A stretch of 64,000 bases of DNA, taken from assembly GCA_030265395.1 (NCBI GenBank), contig JARFYF010000054.1, positions 11,972,935 through 12,036,934 on the forward strand. Reading direction: 5' to 3'. The notes beneath the pieces were generated by a model. It saw nothing but the letters and a program-made list of their open reading frames with translations, searched no databases and had not been told where the DNA came from. This document shows positions 12,601-25,320 of the stretch, piece by piece. The translations under genes were made by a program, and so were the position numbers. Origin of the DNA: Rhina ancylostomus (Eukaryota). Within the stretch, counting starts at the first letter, position 1. Every line of letters starts with the position of its first letter.

Positions 12601-13460
12601 AACCACCTGTGTAATTTCCACTACCTTCAATAAGATGCTACACCAGGCACATCATCTTCTCCCCTCCCTTTTCAGCATTATTAAGCAACCATTCTCTTAA
12701 TGATTCCTCGGTTCACCTTTCCATCTCCATCAACAACCACTCAACCAAAGGATTTACGTGTTCTTCTAATTTAGTACATTGCATTTGATTATCACAATTT
12801 GAGATTGTCTGCACTGGAGAAACCAAATTCAGATTGGCTAAATGTTTTGCAGAACACCTCTGTTCAAGCTGCAAGCTTTTGGTTCTAAGCTTCTGGTTTT
12901 ACTTTAATTCCCCATTCTATTCCCATTTTGACCGATTAACGCTGTTGCAATAAAATTCAACATAAGGTTGAGAAACAGCATTTCATCTTCAGTCCAGGCA
13001 CATTGCAGGCCTCAGAACTCAACATTGAACTCAACATTTTCAGGTAACCAGCCAGTTTGTATCAGAATTGGCAGTTCTGAGGAAAGGTCATCAACCTTTA
13101 ATGATAACTCAGTTTTTCTCACAGATGCTGCTTAATCTATTTATATTCCAGATTTTCAGCAACTGTCGTGCTTTGTATCTCAATACCAGGATTGTGTTTT
13201 GCTTCTTTCCTCTGTCCTCAGTCATCTACTTACATCGCTTCCAGACGGATAACCGTTATTAACAAGCCTTTACCACCTTATCATAGATGTTTCCTTTGTT
13301 CTCTCCACCTCTCTAAAATTTAAAACATCTTTGATTTCTAGTATTTCCTGCTTCTGATGAAAGGTCATCAGCCTGAAATAATTAACTCTGTTTGTCTCTG
13401 TGCAGATGCTGCCTGACCTACCAAGATTTTTCAGATTTCTAGTATTTACAGTCTGCTTTT
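12601..13460 (+). mobile_element. Penelope-like element 3' fragment (GIY-YIG endonuclease relic plus tandem pseudo-LTR)
   Basis: NLVHCI, CTGETKFRLAKCFAEHLCS, HKVEKQHFIFSPGTLQASELNIELNIFR* (TAA 13045-47); hammerhead-like cores CTGAGGA at 13077 and CTGATGA...GAAA at 13354-13378. Confidence 0.85.
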
Positions 13461-13559
13461 GGCTACAATTTGCTTACTCATTTGTTTTTAATTGCGATGT
13501 TATGCATTTTATTTGCAGGAAACTTTAAGCATTTGTTAACCATGGACTTTTTCCACCCA

Positions 13560-13790
13560 CAATAACATAAGATGTGGGAGCAGGAATAGAGCATCCTCTG
13601 TCATTCAGTATGTTATGACTAACCTTGTCCATTTTGCTGCCTGATCCCCACATCCTCTGATTCAATTTGTGTCCATTGATCTATCCGTTTCAGTTTTGAA
13701 TGTACTCAGACAATATCCACATCTTCTGAGGTAGAAATTATGAAAAAATTACAGCCCTTTGCATGAAGCAATTTTTCCTCATCTTGCTCT
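13560..13790 (-). mobile_element. CR1 LINE 3' end fragment
   Basis: aacataagatgtgggagcaggaatag...ctgatccccacatcctctgattc...ttctgaggtagaaatt, a reversed CR1 tail. Confidence 0.6.
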
Positions 13791-15559
13791 TTCACATTCT
13801 CCCCTTACCACACATCTCTCCCTCTCCCTCCCTCCCTCTCTATCCTCATCGGTGCATGTGCATCTCCCATTGACTGACATATATGAATCTAAAAGCTGCA
13901 TGTGTAGTGTCTCCAATCAGTAGTTGTCAACAACAGACCTGCAACTGTACATTTTATTATAATTTGAGAAACTTGGGTTATGGAACAGCACTCATTGAAG
14001 GTCATCTCTGTTAGGAAAGAGCAGGTGAGCAGAATAAATAATTGGAGAGGTGGTTAGAAAATGCCAGCATTTAAAAATCAAAGAGAGAAACCAGTATGAA
14101 TCCCTGCAGATGTTTGTCCTTATAACCAACTCAAAAATGCCTCAAGAAGATTTGTTTAACAAAATTAGACATTGGATGATGATGTACACTTCTAGTTGAA
14201 ACTGCGTTTTTCTATTACATACCTTCTGCATTTCAACCCCTGCAGTATAAATGCTGTTATCATTTTCTGCATTTTATTGGAATAAAAAGCAAAGCTAATA
14301 GTTTGGGATGTTTGCTCCAGGAAGTCTGCAGACAAGAGTCCACATTTAGAAAGTTAGGTGGCAGCTTAATTGGCCAATCATTTGGCAAAATTGGGGGAGA
14401 ACCATAGGTCAAACATCTTTCTCTTCAGTTAAAAAATGACATGCAGTCAACAAGAAGTCAATCAGAGAAGAGAAGAACTTCAGACTTGTTTAATGCCAGT
14501 TAAATTCATGGGTTTACTAGTCAGAATTATGAATTCAGGCAGTTAAAAGGAATTATGAGCTATTGTAACTTTTTGAGAGTCATTATGAATTAATTTATGA
14601 TTTATTATAAATATTAATCTTCAGCTCCATTTGTTGTATCAAACATGATAAACAAGAAAAGACCAACTGGTCCATTTAATCTATTGCATATAATTGTGAT
14701 ACTGAGTTTATCAATGCATGGACTGCAAAGGGGGCGAAACAGATTAAATACAATCCCTTCAAAGAGCTGTTCATTTCCTCCAGCCAGAAACAGGTTTTTA
14801 TATTAAATCGTTTTGTGGATGCAATCTAGAACCCTGGTTGCATTGGCTTGAACACCACCATATTTGGCATGAACCTTTGAGAACAGGGAAATAAAGCAAT
14901 CTGACCTTTGTCTGATACAGCCATCTCGCTTGTTCATTTGTATGTTATGGATGTTGCCCTTAGGGACAGAATTTCTTAACCCATCTCTATTTTCCCCCAA
15001 GAAAGCAAGATACAATTAGGTATCTTCCAAGGTCACTTTAAAAGGCAACAATTTAAAAGACTCCATTGGAATTGGAGTCACAAGCAGCCTAGGCCAACTA
15101 AGGTCAACAGGCTTCCTTTCCTAAAGGCTTTCAAAGTTTTTATCTAGAGCAGACTTGAAATTCGTAAGATTGAACTGCCAAATTACTCGTTTAGATTACT
15201 TACTTCTTCTTGTCATTAATTTAGGATCTATCTGGAAATTAGTTTTCTCTCTTTTTTGGTGATGTCCCTTTCTATAGACTTTCACACCTCCTCAAAATTT
15301 CTGAACATAAAACTAAACTTCTTTGAAGCTGTAAAGCTCTTGACAAGTGTAGTTTTTATTTCCAATTGCAAAAGTGCTGTACTGCCAATTGAAGCAAATC
15401 CATTAGATGTAGTCTTTCTTTTGCTCTTTAATTTACAGTTGATCAGTGAGGATATGGCCTCTAAGTGCATCATGTTATTATTCTTAATGTCCCCTCTGCT
15501 AGCTTTATTCTTTGGATGTAGCACATATCCATTTATTTTCTATGATAAGATGTCTCTTT

Positions 15560-15890
15560 TGCACAATTTTTCTCATTCAAGGCACTTGGCCATTGTAGCC
15601 AAGGTTGTACTAATGGGCCATCTTAAAAGCCCTCATTAAGGCTGTGGGAGTTTTACTGTCGTGAAGTTCGTGAAATAAAATTCAGTGTTCTGCTCCAATG
15701 ATGAAGGAATGTATTTCTAGAGCAGTGTGACTTACAGACTCTGGTATTCTATCTGCCCACTACTCATGTTCTTTCAGGTGGTAGAGCTGGTGAATTTAGA
15801 CAGTGCTGTTGAAGAAGCCTTTACAAGTAATTGCATTGAAATGTGATGCATTTCAATCACAATAGACTTGGAAGGAGTAAATATTTAAGT
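15560..15890 (-). mobile_element. Old CR1-clade fragment, same family as 300-1260
   Basis: Reverse-complement similarity to 950-1250 (ttcaggtggtagag...gtgctgttgaagaagcctt). Confidence 0.5.
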
Positions 15891-16249
15891 CGATTTAACT
15901 ATATTCTCTTCTTCCTGAAAATGTCATATTTTATAACAAATGTTAAAATTGTTCTATTTTTGTTGGCCATTTCCATAGCTTGAGACAAAGCACAAACCTG
16001 TTAAGTTATTTTATTTCCCTTCCTTTTAGGATTTATCCCCTCAGATAGTAGAATATTTTTCTATTTGGATGAATTTCTAGTTGCCAGAATTTTTTTTTAC
16101 TTTTTCATCAATATTCTGAGTCATAGAGTGATACAGCATAGAAGCAGGCCCTTTAGCCACTGAGACCACACCAAACATCAAGAACACATTTACACTAATC
16201 CTATGCTAATTCCATTTTATTCTGTCCACACTCCCATTAACCCATCTAA

Positions 16250-16500
16250 GGCGGCAGAGTTGCGCAGTAATAACACTGCTGGCTCATAGTTCAATCCTGA
16301 TCTCCAGTGCTGTCTGCATGGATTGTGCACATTCTATCTGTGATTGCATAGTTTTCCTCTGGGTGCTCCAGTTTCCTCCCACATTTTAATAATGTGCAGG
16401 TTGCTAGGTTATTTACCCGGTATAAATTGCCCCTATTGTGTAGGTGAGTGTTAGAATTTGGTAGGGGGGGGAGGGAGGGGTTGGTGGGGAGTTGATGTGA
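16250..16500 (+). mobile_element. tRNA-derived V-SINE/HE1-like SINE
   Basis: B-box-like gttcaatcc, then gtgctgtctgcatgga..gcacattct..ttcctctgggtgctccagtttcctcccaca..taaattgcccct, the V-domain pattern. Confidence 0.8.
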
Positions 16501-17739
16501 ACGTTTGATATTGAAAGGGTGTCCTAAGAGCAGAGATTTGGTAAAATGGGCTTATTCTCATAGGGTTTAAAAAGCATGGCAGGTGATCTCTTGGAAATAC
16601 AAGACTCTGAGGGTGATTGAGAGGTTAGATGCTGTGAGGATGCTTTCTCTGACTGAAATTTCGAGGTCTAAGAAGCAGGATCTCAGGATATAGCTACTTG
16701 AAGGTAAATCAGTATCACAGCAATGTGATTCAGGAAGATAGGTCACCACCACCACCTCGAGGCTGATTAGAAATGGGTTATGCATGCAAATCGTATAAAT
16801 AATTTAAATATCTTGCATTAAGAAACAGCAGAATGGAAAACCTTGATGAAAACTGGAAGGGGTAAGGGTATGAAAGGCAGCTGTTGCTCATTGATAGATG
16901 GTGGTGATGTAGTTGTAGTGGTAAGGGAGAGTTAATTATGGAAGATGTGAAGGATACAAGGATATGTAATAGGCAAAGGTAATGCTGTTCGCCATATATG
17001 CCATTAAAATATTAACAGGTGTCCATGTGTTCAGAAGTGCCAAGTTTGAAGTATCCATGTAAGCAAGACATTGAGATACTGAGTCAGAATATTGTTACAC
17101 AGGATTCATTTCACCTTAAACCACTTTATATTAGAAGGATGTAATTTAATCTGTCCTTGTTCTCCTAGTTTTGTTAATGTTTGAACCTCCTGGATTTAGA
17201 TGCATCACAGCTAACATACTGAATCCAAACCAGTAGAGTTGAAGCAGAAGTAGGGAGGCAATGTCTTGATTTGACATCATAGAATGGCACGTGCAAATGC
17301 CAGAATATTAGAATAGTGAATTTTATGCAATTTGATAGGTAACAAGGTTGATAACAAAAAGATACTTCAGTATTTGGGAAATAATAAAGCTTCTGTAATT
17401 GATAGCAAGAGAGCAGAAGTGGATATTTATGTAGCTTACAGTGCTGCATTATTTTTAACAGTATTATATTTTGCTCTTTGTGCTCTGTCTCTAATTGCTT
17501 TTGTTAATCAGTGGATAAGAACCAACAACTTGCTGTGGCCGTGTTTTTGCTGAGAACCTCGGTCATTATTCACTGTACAAAATAATTGTGAGACACTATA
17601 CAGTATATACGAATGACCCTATTTTGTATATCTCTTTCCTTTCCTGACTGAGAATGAGGAATAGTCATCTTAATTTTACACTGATTTTAATCTGCATTGT
17701 CGAATAATTGGTGAGGGGAATGCAATAAGTCAGCAAAGG

Positions 17740-18250
17740 GGTATTGGTTTATTATTGTCACATGTACCGAGATACAGTAAAAAGCTACTGTTTTGCGTGC
17801 CATCCAGACAGATCATGCCTTACATAATTACATCAAGCTAGTAAAAAGAAAATGGAATGCAGAATTTAATGTTGCAGTTACAGAGGAAGTGCTGTGCAGG
17901 TAGACAAATAAAGTGCAAGTGCCATGAAGAAATACATCGGGAAATCGNNNNNNNNNNNNNNNNNNNNNNNNNNNNNNNNNNNNNNNNNNNNNNNNNNNNN
18001 NNNNNNNNNNNNNNNNNNNNNNNNNNNNNNNNNNNNNNNNNNNNNNNAAATACATCGGGAAATCGAGTTCATCTTTTAGCACATGTGAGATCCATTCAAG
18101 AGTCTGATAACAGCGGGATAGAAGCTGTCCTTGAGTCTGGAAGTTTATGCTCTCAGGCTTTTGTATCTTCTGCTGGATGGGAGAAGTGAGAATGACCAGG
18201 GTGGGAGGGGTCCTTGATCAATTTAGCTGTTTTCCCAAGGCAGCGGGTTA
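17740..18250 (-). mobile_element. Rex1/Babar-type LINE 3' end
   Basis: tattggtttattattgtcacatgtaccgagatacagt tail; minus frame has AKLIKDPSHPGHSHF (Rex1 C-terminal II.DP.HP.H motif). Similar tail at ~61815-62030. Confidence 0.8.
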
Positions 18251-18259
18251 AGTGAGTGA

Positions 18260-18950
18260 TCAAAAAGAAATAAATGGAGTGTAATTTGGGGAACTGTGAA
18301 GTGTGCCCCTTTGGTAGAAAGAAGAGAAAAGCAGAGAAATCTAGGTATAAGAAACACAAAGTTAGCATATAGGTATAGAAGTAACTAGGCATATGGAATG
18401 TTCACATATATTGCAAGGGGAATGGAAGCAAGGATGTCTTGCTTCAATTGTACTGTGCTTTGGTGAGGCCACATCTCTATTGCATGAAGTTTTGGTCTTA
18501 TTTAAAAGATATACTTCCTCTGAAGAAGTATTGAGTTGATTAAACCTATATTCCCTAGAGACTGGAAAAATGAGAGGTGGTCTTATTCAAAGATATGATA
18601 CTGAGGGGCTTGACAGGGTTGTATGTTTTGAGGATGTTTTCCCTTGGTCCAAGAATCTAGAACAATAGGGCATAATCTGTGGATAAAGGATTTTGCATTT
18701 AAGATTAAAATGAANNNNNNNNNNNNNNNNNNNNNNNNNNNNNNNNNNNNNNNNNNNNNNNNNNNNNNNNNNNNNNNNNNNNNNNNNNNNNNNNNNNNNN
18801 NNNNNNNNNNNNNNGTACTACAGGGCAATTCAGAGTGATGAGGGTCAAGCATGATAGTGGAACTGAGGCCAGCAATCAGATCAGCCATGATCTCATTGAC
18901 TGGCCAAGCATGTTCAAAGGGCCTCCTGCAATCACTTGTTATATTTCATG
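18260..18950 (+). mobile_element. CR1 LINE 3' part
   Basis: YCALVRPHL-like ttgtactgtgctttggtgaggccacatct, SRTIGHNLWIK, tail gatcagccatgatctcattga..aagggcctcct. Confidence 0.8.
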
Positions 18951-19579
18951 TAACTCACAGTTAATGGACAGTTGATCTTGTCCATGATTTCCTCTTCCAA
19001 TTGAAGAATCTCTCTCGGATCCATCGATCTCATTTTCCCTATTATTGGTCTTTACCAATGTAACTATATTATTTTAAGTCATCTTTCTCTGTTGATGAAG
19101 GATCAGCATGTTGTGTAAACTGTCCCATTTATATTCTTGACACTTTTCACAAAGCCAAATAACTGGATTTATATTAATATGTGCCCTTTTGATATTGTTT
19201 CCAGTCATCATGCCTCCACTGATGATAAATGAGTTTCCATATAGGCCATTGGACTACCTTCGGTAGCTTTTGAATTTTAACATAGATCATTAAGGACACA
19301 AATGTCACAAAGTACTGGTTAGCCCAGAGGTAGTAAAATATCATAGTGTTTCAGTCGTATTTTTTAAAGTGCAGTGGGTGGAGGGTAGGGCCAGGGAGCC
19401 ACACTGAGTGGAGAAATAATGGTGTAAACTTTGATCTGAACTTTATTGTTGATGCTTGAACATTGAACTGGATGTTTGTTAGTGAAGAAAACAATATCGT
19501 CTCTAATCTGGATATCTTGGCTGATGAAGGATAAGGTGTTCAGAGGAAATTAAGAAGAAAACTATAAATTAAATGTTGT

Positions 19580-19695
19580 CATATTTGGAGAACAGTAGAT
19601 TAAAAGTAAATTATTTGAAGAACTGTAGATTAAAAACAGTATTATTTGTAGGTTAAAAACAGCATTATTTGGAGAACTGCAGATTAAAAATGGTG
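19580..19695. repeat. Degenerate ~30-bp tandem repeat (ttatttggagaactgtagattaaaaacag), about 4 copies
   Basis: Directly visible repeated units. Confidence 0.8.
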
Positions 19696-22600
19696 TTGTT
19701 AGCCTGAACCAAATTTAACTGATGTGCCTCCATGTGACTTGCACATTTTCAGGCCTTCAGTGGTATCATGTGTGGCAGGATGACAGGCTTGTATAACTCT
19801 GCTCAGGTTTAGACCTTGAATGTAATAGTAAGTGTGTTTATTATGGAATATCTTGTAAATATAATTAAAGACTAGCTCAATGATGTACAAATAGTATTAT
19901 TGTTATAGATTGATATTATGACAGTACAATCTATTTAAATTATCTGGTAAGTACATCTGCTAAATCAAAGTTCTAATATGGTATTATTATGTATATCACT
20001 TCTTACAAATTTCTGAATATTTCAAAGATAGCTGAATTATCAGGAGCTGACTTTGTTGCATTTTTCTTGATGCAATAGCTGTTTCTTAAAATTATTGCCA
20101 TGTTTTTGATACAGAACACAAACACTTACAAATCTGCTTTGTGAATTCTTTGTGAATAAGTAAACTAGTACTTAAAATTGCAGATAGGTCTAGGCTTTAT
20201 TTTCAAAATGAAGTCAGTAGCATGCAATCAATCAAAGATGAAACTAACTTTTTATTAACCAACCAGACAAGATCAATCCAGTAATTTAATGGTTTAGTTT
20301 TTTTAAATGGGTTGCACTTGCAGATGTAGTCAGAAATTGATTCGAATGACTTTTAGCTTGTTTCAGACTAAAGATGCTTTTAACTTTATGGATGCATCCA
20401 CACATGTGGGGCATCAAACTGTCACACAGGTAAAATTCTACACCACACTTCAAACAAAAGTATAAGCAAAGGGAGGCACTTCCCACCAATCGAACATATC
20501 TTCATCAAATTGACACAATGTTAAGTTTTTGTAAAACAAAAGTTACAAAAAAAAGCTAGACTAACAATTAATTGATCCATTATTTTTTTAATGGACACAA
20601 AAAGGTGCAGGATAAATCCTTCTTGTCATTAAGTTACACAGACCCAACTTCAGCTGCATAAGAAAGTTGTACATTGCCTACTATGATAGTTCTACCCTCA
20701 TGAACAGATCTATTAGAAATCATCTATCATATAATATAAAATAAAATATTCATGGTAATTTCTTGATTCCAATAACATTTTTAAAACCCAGCTAAAAGAA
20801 TGACTGGTTAATAGAAAGACCAACCGAATTAAGGAAACAATGGCAGTTGGCCATTGCCATGCTGAGGACTGGTAGAATAATTCTTTTTCTCATATTATTA
20901 TATTACAAATGGAAGAGAAGTGGGAAACAGTATAGAATTGGATCTGAGTATAATTGTATTTCTACTCTTATCTTCCTCTGACACTTGAGAATTGTGAATC
21001 TGCCAGACTATACTAGGGCTTTTTCACTTGAGCTTGAAATTGGAGAAGTGAATTATTTATAAGCATTGTGTGTCATTAGATCCAAGCATAGCAGTTTCGT
21101 GGAAATACTGATTTTTTTAAAAAAACAAGAGTGGTCCCAGTGCCAGAATGATCTAATAACTGTGGTATAGCAACCTGACTAGTGATGCTTTGTGGTCTTG
21201 AATAATTTAGAGTGTTTATTGACATTATACAAAGCAATTATGAGCCTTAAGAATCAAAACATTCCTGTAAAGAAAGGGACCATTTAGAGTCCAATCTTTG
21301 TATGTCTAAGGATAATAAAAAGGCACATGTAGTACCTGATATGTTAGAAAAGCATCTTTACTTCAACTTGCAATGAAAATTTTGTGCTAGTATATCCCAT
21401 TTGTACTGAGCAACCATCCCCCTCCCCCAATCCCTGCATCACACTATGTGTAAACTTTAGATTAAATACCACCTTGACATTACTGTGAAGTTGAATTGCA
21501 CTTTGTTTTTTTGATCATGTATGACTTTTGGTGAACAAGTAAGCTTACAGAACCAAAATGATTGAATTAGAAGAGCAGCACTTGATTTTGGTTTGACTTT
21601 GCTGCTGAGCCTAAGTTACACCTCATATCGATTAAATGTAAATAACGTGTAAACTTTAAAAAGGTCCACCGCATTTATCAAATTCATTTCCTGATGGATC
21701 AGTTTGAGACCAGAATTTCAAAACATTTTAAAACAAGCAAGAAGTGCAGGAGAAAGAGAATTGACAATGGGCAGGGAGTTGGGTATTTACAATATAAAAA
21801 AAGATACCTATTGTGTAAAGGTTCTCAGAATAGATGAGAAATTGGCAAACAATTGTTATTCTGTGGAAGCAAGCTTAACTTAGTTTTGAATGCATGGAGG
21901 ATTAAAACTAAAGGCTAACCCTTGAAATTAAAAATATATGTTGTGATCTGAGTAGAGCAAGAAACTTGCATTCATTGATGATTTCCTTTGTTATTTTATA
22001 ACTGATTCTCACTTGAGGTATATGTGATTTTAAGAGGCAATAAATGTTTTTGATTTCCAGTGTATTGTCTTGTGATCTTACTTAAATGTCTAGGAAATGT
22101 TTTAAGGGACTGAGTTTTAGTCTGAATATAAGCCTACTCTCCTCCACTCTTGTGCAGTCGAGCCTGAATACATTTTTGGTGAGATAAACAATTACTTGTA
22201 GGAAGTTTTAGCAGTCTTAAACTATGCTTTCCATTACTTATCACAAGAATACACTGATAGCAACTTTATGTTTTACATTAGCAATTATTTAAAGCCAACA
22301 CAAATAAAAATTTTAGGTATGTTAATATCAAAATAGTATCCTGAGACAATCATATGTTGAATTCTGAATAGTAACCCAGTTTTATTCCAATTATAAATGT
22401 CTTATCAATGGAACTTTTGCTAAAATAAATTTCTACTACTCACTAATGAAGATGCAAAATATTCTGAACCATTCTATCCTTAATGCGTGAATAATTATCA
22501 TATCTGTGCTGAAAATAGACTTGGATTCATTTTAGTCATTTTCTTTCTAACTTTTCTGTATCTAGCCAAAAAAAATCTGTATAACTTTCTTTGTTTCACA

Positions 22601-25109
22601 TCAGTTCCATTGACATCTTAAGCCTGTACAGTTGAGTCCAAATAAAGGCATACCTGCTGAATCCTAATTTACTCTGTCCATGGAATTTCTGATCTAAATA
22701 TAGCCCAGGGATATATGCCAATATTCCTGATTAGTGGTGTTGGTCATGTCTTTATCAGGATTCAATTGCATTCCAATAAATTTATCTTACTGCTTTTTGT
22801 AATGAAGTGCAATCTCTTGTATAAAAATGCTTAATGCTTTAAAAGACTTTCTACCTGAATCTGCTTTCTTAAGCTTTTCTTTCTGTAATTTGCTCTGTTT
22901 GCAGAAGTATTGCATGTGAAGTCTAATCTGTATTTTAAATAGCTGTTACACTCTGTAATGTATGACTACTGCATATACTATTTTCTGACTTTTTTCTGAA
23001 GTGGCATCTTGCTAATAAACATTAATCTTTGAATATTTGATGGTGTAATGTCATGTTGACTTGCCCTAACTAAAAGTGCCCAGATTAAGTGGTAGGTGTC
23101 CTATTTGCCAAACTAATCCAAGTGAACAAAAATATATAACCAACAAAAAAGACATGCAATGCACTGACTGTAACATACCAAAACCCATTTTAAATATAAT
23201 CATAAATCTCAAAGCATTTTTGACTACCAAAGACTCTATGATTTAAATGATATAACTTACTTCAAATATTGTGCATTCTTCTATGTCTGTAGTAGAAAAT
23301 GACCTCCAATTATAACCCACCTCTGATTTTGTTTTTCCCTCTGCCTATTCATTCGGGCGGGATAACTTCATTTGAGTTAAACTTGTTGGTGTCCTATAAT
23401 GATGCTCACTGACAAAATTCTGAGGAAGAATCCTCTATCATCGCAGTTATGTTCCATTCTCTCAAACTTTTTTCATGCTTTTTACTTTTCTCTGTTGTTT
23501 ACATTCACTATCATTATCATCTTTCTTCCCTGTGTGTGTCTTTAAACCTTGTTCTTTGTGTCTCTGTGATCCTTCATTAAAGAGCCTCCTCTCCTCTGTC
23601 TCATGTCTTTATCTCTCATCCCCTATATGTCTTAGCATATGAACCTTTACTGATTTACTCAATCTGTAACTTTTTCTTCTCGTTATTTGTCTCCTCAACA
23701 CTTACCTTTTGTTATTTCTCATAACTATTCTATTCTCATAACTATTTCATCACCGGTGTGAAATGCCAATAACATTTAAAGTTTTGTAATAAGGTTGAAG
23801 ACATGTGGAAGGAAGATAAAGTGGGTAACGAGTCTGGGTACAAAGAGGCAGGGGCCAAAAGCCCTGAAGTCGATGCACTATATGAATGTGAGAGCACCTG
23901 GGGGCTTGTTTTGGGAGTAGGAGGCTGGAAGCAGTATGGTAGAGAGAGGAGGAGAGCAGTCTGGAATGTTCCATTGCTTCAGTAGATCTGACTAATCCCA
24001 AAACATCATGGGAGAACCTGAAGGGATGCCACAAAGGCTCAGCTGGAAGTATGTGTTAAGTTCTTATAGAATGGGAATTGTTGGGTTTGGAAGCTGGCAT
24101 GAGATAGCGCAAAGCTAAGTTCAGAGGCCACAAATCAGGGTGGAGAGCCAGGGGAAGTGGTAAAATTTGGGCTTTGAGTTTGGAGAGAAGGGAGCAGAGC
24201 TCGTATGTGGAGAATATTGTTATGGGATTAGAACGTGGAGCTGGAAATTACATTGGGGACAGGCTCTAGAACTACGTCGAGCAGTAAAACCATATAAGTA
24301 CTACATTAGGGTCTGCAGAATTAATGTATGCAAATGGGCCACTGTAAGAAGGAGGTAAGCTAGAGCTGGTGTCCTTGGGGTATGTTTGTAAGAAATCTAA
24401 GCACCAGTTGTATGTAAAGAGCCTGGGATTTCATGAAAAATTGAACCTTTAGACAGCTTAAAAACTTCTGAAGATAGATTTCCAATCATCTGGTTGCCCC
24501 ACAGTGTTACATGATTGCATTAAATGCATTAACAAGTTCACAAGAGCATTGCTATTATACATTTCAACCAAAATTGTTTGACATACGTCCCAAGTTAGGT
24601 GGCACCCATGGAAAGAGAAACACAATTAACATTTCAGGTCAAACAGATATATTGTGGTAACTATCAATGGAAGTGTAGTGGGAAAAGTGTTTTATAGGAA
24701 ACATACATGACATTCACATGTGTTTTAGCATGCTCATTTATAAATGCACCAAATTAAAAATAATTTTGATAAATGACTAAACATTACTTCTGAAGGGACA
24801 GTGACTCCTGTTTAGATGTTGGTGTGATTAGGTTTTCAACTTTCTCATAAAACTAATATACACAGAAAATAGAAATTAAAATAAGAAATCATGTTCACAA
24901 CCTTTGAGCTATTGTGGTGAACTGGGGGGACTGCCTTTACTCCAAAATATATTCTTCATTCTATTGTGGGAAACACACAAAGATATTAACAAATTCAGTC
25001 ACACTTTTCCTCTGTGGGCACATTACTTCCACTGTCAACAGCATTTTCAAGTGTTTTGACCCATTAGTTAAGTCCTATAACTTCATAAAAGAAATATGTG
25101 CGAATAATT

Positions 25110-25320
25110 CCATAATAAAAAATAGAAAATATTGCAAGTAATCAACAGGTCGGGCAACATCTGTGGAGAAAAATACAGTTAACTATCCAGATAAATGACC
25201 TTTCATCAGACCTTCCATTGGTCTGAACTGTTAACTCTCTTTCTCCCACCATGGATGCTCCCCGACCTGTTAAATATTTCATCAGAGTGTTCTGTCATTT
25301 CATATTTCAATCATACATGT
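25110..25320. mobile_element. Two Penelope pseudo-LTR fragments fused in inverted orientation
   Basis: aacaggtcgggcaacatctgtggaga..gttaac..gacctttcatcag (minus), followed by ctgaactgttaactctctttctcc..gatgctccccgacctgtt (plus). Confidence 0.7.

Noticed and set aside
17930-18065. 18-bp direct repeat flanking a 100-N gap
   Set aside because: Same overlapping-contig artefact.
19580-19695. CRISPR-like repeat array
   Set aside because: No unique spacers, eukaryotic intron, no cas genes; an ordinary minisatellite.
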